Positions 12,553 through 24,734 of a stretch of DNA of 64,000 nt are shown here, one piece after another. The stretch lies in the NCBI GenBank assembly GCA_038087875.1, contig CM075993.1, forward strand, positions 7,070,001 to 7,134,000, given 5' to 3'. The notes below the pieces were generated by a model. The model made no database searches. It had not been told where the DNA came from and was given only the letters and a program-made list of their open reading frames with translations. The position numbers were made by a program, and so were the translations under genes. This DNA is from Malacoraja senta (lineage: Eukaryota). Each line of letters opens with the position of its first letter. Position 1 is the stretch's first letter.

Positions 12553-13188
12553 AAGAAATGGCATGTTGGCCTTTATAACAGGAGGAATCGAATATAGGAG
12601 CAAAGAGGTCCTTCTGCAGTTGTACAGAGTTCTAGTGAGACCGCACCTGGAGTATTGTGTGCAGTTTTGGTCCCCTAATTTGAGGAAGGACATTCTTGCT
12701 ATTGAGGGAGTGCAGCGTAGGTTTACAAGGTTAATTCCCGGGATGGCGGGACTGTCATATGCTGAGAGAATGGAGCAGCTGGGCTTGTACACCCTGGAGT
12801 TTAGGAGAGGATATCTCATTGAAACATATAAGATTTGTTAAGGGCTTGGACACGCTTGAGGCAGGAAACATGTTCCTGATGTTGGGGGAATCCAGAACCA
12901 GGGACCACAGTTTAAGAATAAGGAGTAAGCCATTTAGAACGGAGACGAGGAAACACTTTTTCTCACAGAGAGAGGTGAGTCTGTGGAATTCTCTGCCTCA
13001 GAGGGCGGTGGAGGCAGGTTCTCTGGATACTTTCAAGAGAGAGCTAGATAGGGCTCTTAAAAATAGCTGAGTCGGGATATGGGGAGAAGGCAGGAACGGG
13101 GTACTGATTGTGGATGAGCCATGTTCACATTAAATGGCGGTGCTGGCTCGAAGGGCCAAATGGCCTGCTCCTGAACCTATTGTTTATT
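12553..13188 (+). mobile_element. CR1 LINE 3' fragment
   Basis: LLQLYRVLVRPHLEYCVQFWSP...VQRRFTRLIPG; FFSQREVSLWNSLP. Confidence 0.9.
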
Positions 13189-15222
13189 GAAACGTCCCGA
13201 GCTCCGACGTACCCGCTACGTTCATTCTACGTGTTTACCACGAGTTTTGATTTTTTTTTAACTCAGGAGGAGAGTTCTTGGGTGAACTCACACAGTGGGA
13301 CAGGGCTTCACACCCGCTGAGTTTCTCCAGCATTTTTGTCTACCTTCGATTTTCCAGCATCTACAGTTCCTTCTTAGACGTTTTGCGGTGACGGCTGCAT
13401 CTGCGGTTCCTTTCTGTTGGGGGGAGGGCGGAGAGTCCTGGCCCGTGGCGGCTCCTGATAAGTGATATGTTCCCTCCGCGGGTGCTGCCTTGCCCGCTGA
13501 GTTCCTCCAGCACTCTGTGTTTTTTGTTTGGCTCTGAAGTTGAAGGTGGACCCCCCTGTGTCTACCTTCAACTCCCTGTCTGTGGTGGCTCAGCGGGACG
13601 GGCTGGGACTCTGGGGAGAGAGTTGCGGTTCTGATCGAGATCCTTCTTCAGACAATCACAAGTACTCTCACCGACGAGAGTTCAGTTCAGTCTGAAGAAG
13701 GGTCTTCTCTCCAGAATCGCTGCGTTGCCTGTCCTGCTGAGCTACTCCAGCTTTTGTCTATCTCCAATTTCAGAGTTAGAGAAATTGTAGACTTGATTTT
13801 TTAAATCTCAAAATTTTGTAACATTGCTGGAAAATGTACCCGCATCTTGGAGGCCGAAGGTTAGGTTGTTAGCCAAGAAAGATAGACTTCGTTATCCCTC
13901 AGTACAGCAACATCAAGAACGTTGCTGCTGATGGGAAGCGGCTGTAAAGTGGGAAGCGGCTGTAAAAGGACAACGCTGCTGGGGGGGGGAGGGGGGAGAG
14001 GGGGGGGGTGGGAAGAGGGGAGAGTTCCTTTCACTGCGTGTGGGTAGTCTGTCCAGGGGTAAAGTTGCGGGGAGGGCAGGAGGGTTGAGGAGGGGGTCGG
14101 CCGGGGATCATCCAGCTCAAGAGCGGGTCAGCGGGCGATGGATAACAGGACAGCGGGCGGTGGAGCTTACTCCATATGTCAGTGCGAGTAGCCTCAAGTG
14201 ATCCCTTGTTCGCGCTGACACAAGAGTAAGCTCCACCGCCCGCTGTGATGTTATCCATCACCCGCTGACCCACTCCGCTCTATGATATTTGCTCTTGAGC
14301 TGGTCCCCTCACTGTTCAGACGGAGAGCACTGCCAGAGGTGAGCGGGCCGGCAGAAGGCGCTGAGATGGCAGTCGGTTCCGCTGTCCGGTGATGGAGGCC
14401 GCTCGTAGCCTCCATCACCGGTCACAATGCGGTGGCGCCCGGAGCGCCGCGGCAGCGGTGAGTGAGTGTTACTGGCATGAACACCGACCCCCTCCTTCTC
14501 AACGCTCCTTCCCTCCTCGCAACTTTATCCCTGGCTAGACTCCCCACACGCTGTGAAAGGAACTCTCCCCTGAATTGTCATGTTACTCACGACACGTGAC
14601 TCATTTATAATTATTTATTTATATTTCTACGAATTTTTTTCCCAATTGGGCCCCGCACCTCCAAAGGCCGGCCCTGACTGTAATGACCTCTTTATTTGCG
14701 GAATCATTTAATGCATTGGAAACAGTTCAGAGGAGATTTGCCAAATGGGATAGGTTGTGGATTGCTATAGCATCTCAAAGCTGCGCAGTGATGAAGTGTT
14801 GTGTACCATCAGCAGAAAAAGTATATTCCACTGTCATCTGTAACTTCATGACCTGTAGTTTCCCTTATTGTATCGTGAAGCTGAGGAGCTGACCCAGGAT
14901 CAAGGAGGAGTGTTGAAGGCAACGTCAGGAACACCACAACAATGAAGTCCCAACCCAGCCCAGCGCAGCTGCAGCACAGAACTAAGTGCTAAACATCAGA
15001 ATAACCGAACGAGGTCGAGTTAAGAATACATGGCAGCACTTCTGGGAATGGGGTGTAAAAGAGGTGTTTGGTTCAGGAGTCAGACTGCAGTGGGAAGAAT
15101 CTGTTCTTGGAGCTGGAATCAGACGCCCAAGCCAAGTTAGGTTTTAACTGTGTAAAGGCATTGGGATTGGGTTTATTGGTTAAACATTTAGCTTGTGTAT
15201 TTGTTAACCTGTAGATAGCTTA

Positions 15223-16840
15223 CAGTGGCTTGCAAAAGTATTCATACCCCTTGAACTTTTCCACATTTTGTCACGTTACAACCACAAATGTAAATGTATT
15301 TTATTGGGATTTTATGTGATAGACCAACACAAAGTGGCGCATAATTGTGAAGTGGAAGGAAAATGATACATGGTTTTCAAATTTTTTTACAAATAAAAAA
15401 CTGAAAAGTGTCGCGTGCAAAAGTATTCAGCCCCCTTTACTCTGATACCCCTAAATAAAATCCAGTGCAACCAATTGCCTTCAGAAGTCGCCTAATTAGT
15501 AAATAGAGTCCACTTGTGTGTAATCTAATCTCAGTATAAATACAGCTGTTCTGTGAAGGCCTCAGAGGTTTGTTAGAGAACATTAGTGAACAAACAGCAT
15601 CATGAAGCCCAAGGAACACACCAGACAGGTCAGGGATAAAGTTGTGGAGAAGTTTAAAGCAGGGTTAGGTTATAAACAAATATCCCAAGCTTTGAACATC
15701 TCACGGAGCACTGTTCAATCCATCATCCGAAAATGGAAAGAGTATGGCACAACTGCAAACCTACCAAGACATGGCCGTCCACCTAAACTGACAGGCCGGG
15801 CAAGGAGAGCATTGATCAGAGAAGCAGCCAAGAGGCCCATGGTAACTCTGGAGGAGCTGCAGAGATCCACAGCTCAGGTGGGAGAATCTGTCCACAGGAC
15901 AACTATTAGTCGTGCACTCCACAAATCGGGCCTTTATGGCAGAGTGGCAAGAAGAAAGCCATTGTTGAAAAAAAGCCATAAGAAGTCCCGTTTGCAGATT
16001 GCCACAAGCCATGTGGGGGACACAGCAAACATGTGGAGGAAGGTGCTCTGGTCAGATGACCAAAATTGAAGTTTTTGGCCTAAATGCAAAATGCTATGTG
16101 TGGCGGAAACCTAACACTGCACATCAGCCTGAACACACCATCCCCACTGTGAAACATGGTGGTGGCAGCATCAGGGAAGCTGTGGGGATGCTTTTCTTCA
16201 GCAAGGACAGGGAAGCTGGTCAGAGTTGATGGGAAGATGGATGGAGCCAAATACAGGGTAATCTTGGAAGAAAACCTGTTAGAGTCTGCAAAAGACTTGA
16301 GACTGGGGCGGAGGTTCACCTTCCAGCAGGACAACGACCCTAAACATACAGCCAGAGCTACAATGGAATGGTTTAGATCAAAGCATATTCATGTGTTAGA
16401 ATGGCCCAGTCAAAGTCCAGACCTAAATCCAATTGAGAATCTCTGGCAAGACTTGAAAATTGCTGTTCACAGACGCTCTCCATCCAATCTGACTGAGCTT
16501 GAGCTATTTTGCAAAGAAGAATGGGCAAAAATTTCAGTCTCTAGATGTGCAAAGCTGGTAGAGACATACCCCAAAAGACTTGCAGCTGTAATTGCAGCGA
16601 AAGGTGGTTCTACAAAGTATTGACTCAGGGGGCTGAATACTTTTGCACGCGACACTTTTCAGTTTTTTATTTGTAAAAAAATTTGAAAACCATGTATCAT
16701 TTTCCTTCCACTTCACAATTATGCACCACTTTGTGTTGGTCTATCACATAAAATCCCAATAAAATACATTTACGTTTGTGGTTGTAACGTGACAAAATGT
16801 GGAAAAGTCCAAGGGGTATGAAAACTTTTGCAAGCCACTG
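15223..16840 (+). mobile_element. Full-length Tc1-family DNA transposon (~210-bp TIRs)
   Basis: TA-CAGTGGCTTGCAAAAGT ... ACTTTTGCAAGCCACTG-TA; long, nearly identical TIRs; transposase inside. Confidence 0.95.
15602..16623 (+). pseudogene. Tc1 transposase with two frameshifts
   Basis: Three overlapping frames give [44 protein letters not shown] and GGSTKY*; shifts near 16058 and 16175. Confidence 0.92.
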
Positions 16841-17089
16841 TATATGAAGTCATACCTGAAAATGAAGTTACTTATTGTCCTATAGCATTAGTGTGCACAG
16901 GTAGTTTAGAAACTACTTTGGCATTGGGCTTGGTTTCCTTGGTTGAGTGCTTATCCTTGTGTTATATCGCAAGTACTTTGTGTTTTAACAGTAATTCAGT
17001 AATGTGATTTTAGGTTTTCTTCTCAAATGCATCTAGATTAGATAGTTTTATTTTGAGCTACCTTTACATTGTCGTTTATTTACTTTGGA

Positions 17090-17397
17090 TTAGAAACAGA
17101 AAAATAGGTGTAGGCGTAGGCCATTTCCCCCCCCCCCCCCCCCCCTCGATCAGCCAAATGATCATGGCTGATCATCTAAAATCAGTACCCCATTCTGGCT
17201 TTTTCCCCATATCCCTTGATTCCTTTGGCCCTAAGAGCTAAATCTAACTCTTGAAAACATCCAGTGAATTGGCCTCCACTGCCTTCAGTGGCAGAGAATT
17301 CCAAATTCACAACTCTGAGTGAAAAGGTTTTTCCTCATCTCAGTCCTAAATGGCCTATCCCTTTATGCTTAAACTGTAGCCCGTTGTTCTGGAATTC
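17090..17397 (-). mobile_element. CR1 LINE 3' end
   Basis: Collinear with 44240-44555 and reverse of 41640-41940. Confidence 0.75.
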
Positions 17398-17849
17398 AGG
17401 TTCTGATGGTACCCATTTATTCAAATTGTATCCACCCCATTCACTCCAGGTAAGAATTGTCGATGATGTTGTCATGAACTTATGATCCTGTGTTATTTGC
17501 GCAAGCTAAGCAATTGAATGCAGGGAGTCGTTCACAAATGTCAATCTTCCAGAATCTTAATTAGGCAGGCAAAATGGGCAAAGACAATTTAATCCAATTT
17601 TAATAATTGGCATTCATATAATCGGTTAATTTGTCTGCAAAAAGAATGTTCACTATCTATTACAAAGCATATATATTCTTCAGTAGATTTTGTAGAAATG
17701 GTACACTGCTTAGTTTTAGCAATTTGGATAGCCTGAAAAAGGGTCTCGACCTGAAATGTCACCCATTCCTTCTCTCCAGAGATGCTATCTGTCCCGCTGA
17801 GTTACTGCAGCTTTTTGTGTCATGTATGGATTATGAGTTTGTTCATCCT

Positions 17850-18510
17850 GCAACTGCAACTTTATTTATTTATATAGCACATTTCATACACGAGGCAGAC
17901 TCAAAGTGCTTCACATAAAAACATGTCATACAATTAAATGAAATAATAAATGAAATAAAATAGAAGAATTAAAATAAAATAAAAGCAAAGTTAAATATGC
18001 ATTATAGAAAAGTGCAAAAGTTAAAAGTGCAATGTAGTTAAGATTTAGCTGAAAGCTAAAGTAAACATAAAAGTTTTCAGTCTTGTTTTAAAAGTGGTGA
18101 ATGTAGGGGCAAGTCTTAAATCTCCAGGAAGTTTATTCCAGCTATTTGTTGCATAGTAACTAATCCTGCTTTCCCATGTTTTGTATTTACTCTGGGAATC
18201 ACTAACAGATTGGTCTCAGAAGATCTTAGCGGTCTAGAAGGCTTATATAGTGGAAGCATGTCAGTGATATACTTTGGCCCTAAACCATGTAGTGATTTAT
18301 AGGTGAGCAGCAGGATTTTGAAATCAATTCTCTGACATACAGGGAGCCAATGTAAGGATTTAAGAATTGGTGTAATGTGTTCAAATGTTTTGGTCTTTGT
18401 TAGAACTCTAGCACCAGCGTTCTGAACAAGCTGTAGCTGCCTGACAGTTTTTTTCGGAAGACCTGCAAGGAGACCGTTACAATAATCTAGCCTACTAGTA
18501 ATAAAGGCAT
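17850..18510 (-). mobile_element. L2 LINE 3' fragment
   Basis: Manual minus-strand translation from ~18510 gives AFITSRLDYCNGLLAGLP...LQLVQN..ARVLT...HITPILKSLHWLPV, typical of the L2 ORF2 C-terminus. Confidence 0.8.
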
Positions 18511-18898
18511 CATTCAGAGATATAACTGCATTGGAGGGTGGGAAATTCTAGGAAGAATGTAGGTAATCTGTAGCCTTTTAAATTCCGTCATGGGACATGA
18601 ACATTACTGGTATGGTCAGTGTTTATTAATATTCCATAAGAAATCATAAGTAATCCATTTTGATCTGCCTTCTTGATTTACTGTGGTTTCTTTGGAAGGT
18701 GCACTGGTGCTTTCTCTCTGCTGTTTGTATTCCGGGATTTTGAAAACAACATTTTTAACCTTTATTTACTCATTACCTTTTACACTTTATTGGACAACGG
18801 CAGCAAAGGTATGATTAACGAGTTTGTCGATGACATAAAGATAGGTTGGAAACTAAGTTCAGAATAAGGAGGCAACAAAGAGATACAAATTATCTAAT

Positions 18899-19227
18899 GG
18901 CCCTGTCCCACGATGCGAGTTCATTCAAGAGCTCTCCCGAGTTTAAAAAAAAAATCAAACTCGTGGTAAGCACGGAAAATGAACATAGCAGGTACGTCGG
19001 AGCTCGGGGACGTCTCTTAGCGGCTCGTAATGCTAACGGCAGGTAGTCGGGAAGACTCGCTAACGGCAGCTAAGCTCAAGAAGACTCATGAAGATTTTTC
19101 AACATGTTGAAAGATGTCCACGAGAGCCCCGAGTACCGATGAGCAGCCATTACCGTAAATCTCTGAGTTCGAATCACGGCAAACTCGGGAGAACTCTTTG
19201 AATGAACTCGTACACTGGGACAGGGCT
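18899..19227. mobile_element. PIF/Harbinger-like MITE
   Basis: GCCCTGTCCCA ... TGGGACAGGGC termini with imperfect inverted repeats of ~45 bp. Confidence 0.75.
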
Positions 19228-19434
19228 TTAAGTGTAAAGAATCAGGCAATTGGAATATAATGTAGGAATTGTCCATTTGGCAAGAAAAATAAAAATAAAG
19301 TATTAAATGATGAGTGAGTTAATTTAGTTTATTGTCACGTATACCGAGGTACAGTGAAAAGCTTTTGTTGCGTGCTAACCAGTCAGCGGAATGACAATAC
19401 ATGATTACAATTGAGCCATCTACAGTCTACAGAT

Positions 19435-20063
19435 AATTGCAGAGCTCTAATACAGAGTTCTGGGTGTTCTATGCATGATTGCAGAGGGCTAGTATGCAAG
19501 TAAAGGAAGTAATTAGGAAAGCTGACGTTTTGTTAGTTGTTGGGAGGAGAAGTGAATGTAAAGTAGGGAGGTTACGCTTCAGTTATATTGAGCATTGTTG
19601 TGACCACAATAGCGTATTATGCACTGTAATGACCTCTTTATTTGCGGAATAATTTAATGCATTGGAAACAGTTCAGAGGAGATTTACTAAATGAATACCT
19701 GGAATGGCTGTCTGAGAAACAGTTGTACAGGTTAGACTTGTATCATCCTCTGGATTTTAGAAGCTTTAGGTGACTTGATTGAATCATAAGATCCTCTGGG
19801 ATCTTCATGGGGTGAATGTAGATAAGATGCTTCTTTTTGAGGGAATATCTAGAACTAGGATTTATTATTTGAGAACTAGGATTTGCCTGATTAGGATAGA
19901 AATGAGGTAAAATAATGTTTCTGAGGATCAAGAGTATTTGGAGTTTCTATACTGTAAGATTGATTCGATGACATGCGTTAAAATAGAAATTACAGTCAAA
20001 TTAGACCATATTATTGAATGGCAGGGCAAGTTGAAGGGTCTGAGTGTCTTACTCCTGCTTCTG
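19435..20063 (+). mobile_element. Old, decayed CR1 3' fragment; contains the empty-site copy of the hAT target and is the Vingi target
   Basis: Degenerate CR1 motifs (AGTAGGGAGGTTACGCTTCAGTTATAT, GTTCAGAGGAGATTTACT, 3' ...GAAGGGTCTGAGTGTCTTACTCCTGC). Confidence 0.65.
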
Positions 20064-20899
20064 GACCAAACTGAAGTATGCCCCCACTCCAACCTACCTC
20101 GGAGTGACCCTTGACAGGACCCTATCCTTCAAGGAACATCTCAAAAGAACAGCAGCTAAGGTGAAGTCCAGAAACAATCTCCTCAGTAAGCTTGTTGGTT
20201 CAAAGTGGGGGGCAGCAGCCCCCACACTGCGCATTTCAGCACTAGCCCTTGCATTTTCTTCAGCCGAATATTGCGCCCCTGTTTGGTCCAGGTCATCCCA
20301 CACACATCATGTGGACACCCAATTGAACTCAACAATGAGGATCATCACAGGAACAATCCGCTCAACACCACTCCCCTGGCTCCCTGTCCTATCCAATGTA
20401 GCCTCTCCACACATCCGGCGAGTAGCCCTCACTCAAAGGATGCTCCAAAAGACCAAAAACTCCCCTCATCTGCCAATTCACATGGACATCTTCAACCCAC
20501 CCACTGCTCGACTTCCATCTAGACGACCAATTTGGAAGAACCCACCACCAGCTGATTTCACCACCCAATCAGCTTGGAAAAAGGAATGGGAGTCCAAGGA
20601 CGTCCCAAATAAACATCTGGTGTCAGACCCAACCCTACCGGTCCCTGGCACCAATCTCCCAAGGAAGCAGTGGACGACGCTGAATAGATTCAGGACTGGA
20701 CATGGCCCTTGCTTGGCCGGCCTTCACAAATGGGGCAGCAGCCCAACCCCACAGTGTGCTTGTGGAGAGCAGCAAACAATGCAACACATCATTGAAGCAT
20801 GCCCACAAAAAAGACTTAAAGGAGGACTTGTCACCCTTCATACAGCAGATCAAGAGGCAACTGCTTGGCTAAAGGACTTTGCATTCGCTAAATAAATAA
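20064..20899 (+). mobile_element. Vingi (Ingi-group) non-LTR retrotransposon, 5'-truncated, reading frame still open
   Basis: Uninterrupted PTYLGVTLDRTL...WGA...SALAL..S.AEYCAPVW...TPLPWLPVLSN...WTTLNRFRTGHG...CACG..QTMQHII; (TAAA)n tail; 13-bp TSD ACTCCTGCTTCTG at 20051-20063 and 20900-20912. Clade assignment is from remembered motifs. Confidence 0.82.
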
Positions 20900-23240
20900 A
20901 CTCCTGCTTCTGATTCCAATGTTCACATTTCTTAATTAGAAAGGTGTACAATTCGGAGTGGTGCTTGTTTTATCAAATTCTGCAGAAAAAAGCAGCAATT
21001 GGATTTGGATCAAAAGGAGAGACAACAATTGGGCTGCAAGATGAAGAAAGGAGGGTATGGAATTGAGGTGGGTGTAACTGGGACGCCAGGTATCACCGTA
21101 GAGCCCCTCTGGAGATGTTGTGGGCTTATCAATGAAACATCAAAGAAGGAGGGTGCCCACCTGATGACCCCGATGACGTACCTACCCTACCTTTCACCAC
21201 TCCAATCCCACTGCAAATAGCAAGAGTGCCGACTTATTACAGGGATTGAAACATCAAGTCCTATTAGCTCTACTATGCCACCTTTTACCTTTGTCTTCTG
21301 GTAGCCAGAGATCATGGAGCACAAAGATACTGTTAAAGAAACCTTGGTGAATCGCTGCAGTGTGTTTTGTCGGTGATGTAACGAATGAATGGTCAAGGTG
21401 CTGAACGGTGTGTTAATCAAACAGAATGTTTTGCCTCAAATACTCACAAAACTGCATGAGTGCTCCTGGTCTTGGAGTTAACCATGCAAGTGGAGAGTAT
21501 TTTCTCACACTCTCGATGTGTCTCATTGATTGTGGAAAGGCTTCAGAAACTCAGAGGTCGGTCATAGGATGATTTTCATGTGAGTAACCTATTAATGTGA
21601 AATATGAAGTTTATCAAAATCTTGGCATAGTATGAGGATGATAATTGAAACAAATGCATGCTGAGGAAAGAACTGACTTCATCCAGTGAGTCAAGGAAAG
21701 CTTATTTGATTTACAGGAAAATGAACTGATTAAAGTTTTCAAATTTAACATCCAAAGTGGTATATTCGCCAGACTAATATTCCTGCCACTTGCAGAAACT
21801 ATTGGCCAACTGCAGATATCCAATCTTATGTTTTGGATGATTGGATGTACTATAGAAAGGATCATTGAATATAAAAAAGTGCAGTGCAAGAACAAGCCTT
21901 TCGACCCACAGTCTGTGCCGATCATGATGCCAAGACCTACACATAATTCATGTCCTGCATATCCATACGCCTACCCAAAAGTCTCTTAAATGCCACTATC
22001 ATATCTGTCTCATCCACCACCCTTGGCAGCGTGTTCCAGGCACTCATTAACATCAGTGTAATTATTTTTAAGTTATACCATACCGCACGATCATGTATCA
22101 GTACAATAATATATTGGTACACTGTGAATGGCTTGACTGTAATCATGTATTGTCTTTCCGCTGACTGGTTAGCACGCAACAAAAGCTTTTCACTGTACCT
22201 CGGTACACGTGACAATAAACTAACTAAACATATCTCCTTTAAACTTTGCTCCTCTCACCTTAAAGCTACTGTATGTCCACTAATATTTGATTTTCCCATC
22301 TTGGGGGGAAAAGGCTCTGACTGTCTACTCTATCTATGCCTCTCATAACTTTACATACTAACATGCATTAGTTCAAGATGCATCATAGCTTGGTTTGACA
22401 ACAGCTTTGCTAGAAATTGCAGAGTTGAGGTTGCAGCCTAGTCCATCCCACAATACAGCCTCGCCCATCAACTCGATCTACACTTCATGCTGCCTCGGCA
22501 AAGAAACCAACATAGACAACCAACATAATCAAAGATGTTTTACATCCTGATCATTCCCTCTTCTCCCATCAGGCTGTAGATACAATAGCTTGGAAGCACA
22601 TACCACAAGATTCAGGAACAGCTTCTTCCCTGTTGTAAACAAACTACTGAATGTTCAGCTCAGAAGCAAACAATGTAGACCCAATCGCCCAACCTTACTC
22701 ATTGTGACCCTTGCACTATTTTTATCTGTACTTTCTCTATAACATTATAATGCTGCAACATTATATTCTGTACTCTGGTATTTTTCTCTTTGCACAACCT
22801 GTTGTATTTGTAGCTTGATTGTACTCGAGTATAGTACTTTACTGGATAGCGTTGCTAACAGGTTTTTACTGTTGTTCAGTACATGCAACAGTAATAAATC
22901 AATACCAACACCACAAAGCAAGTTGGCAAGCAAGGACTGTGCCACTGTTGACAGAAACCAAGACCCAGCTCATAACACACACACAGAGTGGTTGTACTGT
23001 CAAAGGACTTTTCCACCATTTCCAAAAGTCAATAAACCCTCCCTCATCCTAAACTCCAACGAGCGCAGATCCAGTGCCATCAAACACTCCTCATTCGTTA
23101 AACCAGTCATCTCCGGGATCATTCTCGGTAACCTGGATCCTCTCCAACATCAGCACATCCCTCCTCATATGTGGGGCAAAAAACTGCTCACAATGCTCCA
23201 AAGGCAGTCTGATCAGTGGCTTATTAAAGCCTCAGCAATA

Positions 23241-24548
23241 CGGTACATTCAGAAAGTATTCAGACCCCTTCACTTTTTCCACATTGTTACGTTACAGCCT
23301 TATTCTAAAATGGATTAATTTTTTTTTAAATCATCAATCTACACATAATATCCCATAATAAAAAAGCGAAAACAGGTGTGTTAGAAATTTTTGCAAAGTA
23401 ATTAAAAATAAATAACTGGATTACACAAGTATTCAGACCCTTTACTCAGTACTTTGTTGAGGCACCTTTGGCAGCGATTACAGCCTCAAGTCTTCTTGGG
23501 TATGACGCTACAAGCTTGGCACACCTGTATTTGGGTAATTTCTCCCATTCTTCTCTGCAGATCCTCTCAAGCTCTGTCAGGTTGGATGGGGAGCGTCGAT
23601 CCTGACTAGTCTTCCAGTTCCTGCCGCAGAAAAACATCTACACACCATGATACTGCCATCACCACGCTTGGCATTCAGGCCAAAGAGTTCAATCTTGGTT
23701 TCGTCAGACCAGAGAATCTTGTTTCTCATGGTCTGAGACTCCTTTAGGTACCTTTTGGCAAACTCCAAGCGGGCAGTCGTGTGCCTTTTACTGAGGAGTG
23801 GCTTCCGTCCAGCCATTCTACCATAAAGGCCTGATTGGTGGAGTGCTGCAGATATAATTGTCCTTCTGGAAGGCTCTCCCATCTCCACAGAGGAATTCTG
23901 GAGCTCTGTAAGAGTGACCATCGGGTTCTTGGTCACCTCCCTGACCAAGGCCCTTCTCCTCCAATTGCTCAGTTTGGCCTGGCGGGCAGCTCTATGAAGA
24001 GTCCTGGTGGTTCCAAAGTTCTTCTGTTTAAGAATGACGGAGGCCACTGTGCTCTTAGGGACCTACAATGTTGCAGAAATTGTCTTATACCCTTCCCCAG
24101 ATCTGTGTCTCGACACAATCCTCCCTCGGAGGTCTACGGACAATTCCTTCGTCTTCATGGATTGGTTTTTGCTCTGACATGCACTGTCAACTGTGGGACT
24201 TTATATAGACAGGTGTGTGCCTTTCCATATCATGTCCAATCAATTTAATTTACCACTGGTGGACTCCAATCAAGTTGTAGAAACATCTCAAGGATAATCA
24301 ATGGAAACAGGATGAGCCTAAGCTCAATTTTGAGCGTCATAGAAAAGGGTCTGAATACTTATGTAAATGTGATATTTCAGTTATTTCTTTTTAATTACTT
24401 GGCAAAAATGTCTAAACACCTGTTTTAGCTTCTTCATTCTGGGGTGTTGTGTGTAGATTGATGATAAAAAAATGAATTTTAAAATAAGGATGTAACGTAA
24501 CAAAATGTGGAAAAAGTGAAGGGGTCTGAATACTTTCTGAATGCACTG
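23241..24548 (-). mobile_element. Internally deleted Tc1 transposon (second family)
   Basis: TA flanks; TIR CATTCAGAAAGTATTCAGACCCCTTCACTTTTTCCAC at both ends; KILWSDETKIELFG and AVIAAKGASTKY* present; most of the catalytic region deleted. Confidence 0.9.
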
Positions 24549-24734
24549 TACATCCCTGCTTTTATATTCTAGTCCTCATGAAAATGAGTGTTCCAGAACA
24601 CACAAGCTCTCTGATGATTCTGTACGTAAAAGCCAGCCATTGAATTATCAATCAAAACAATCTGGCCCAGTAATTCCAACCTGTGAAGTTTGTCAAGCGT
24701 TGAATTACGTTAAAGTATTTCAATTTCAACCGGA

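Larger units (their letters stand above)
10607..13307. mobile_element. PIF/Harbinger-like MITE nested in the hAT element and expanded by later insertions
   Basis: TIRs AGCCCTGTCCCACTGTGCGAGTTCACCCAAGA / TCTTGGGTGAACTCACACAGTGGGACAGGGCT; 3-bp TSD TCA (10604-10606, 13308-13310); splits a Penelope terminal repeat; same family as 18899-19227. Confidence 0.8.
9203..14676. mobile_element. Non-autonomous hAT-type DNA transposon (5474 bp including nested inserts)
   Basis: Termini CAGGGCCGGTCCT / AGGCCGGCCCTG; 8-bp TSD ACGGTAAT (9195-9202) / ACTGTAAT (14677-14684); AATTGGGCCCCGC motif near both ends; no transposase ORF seen. Confidence 0.85.
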
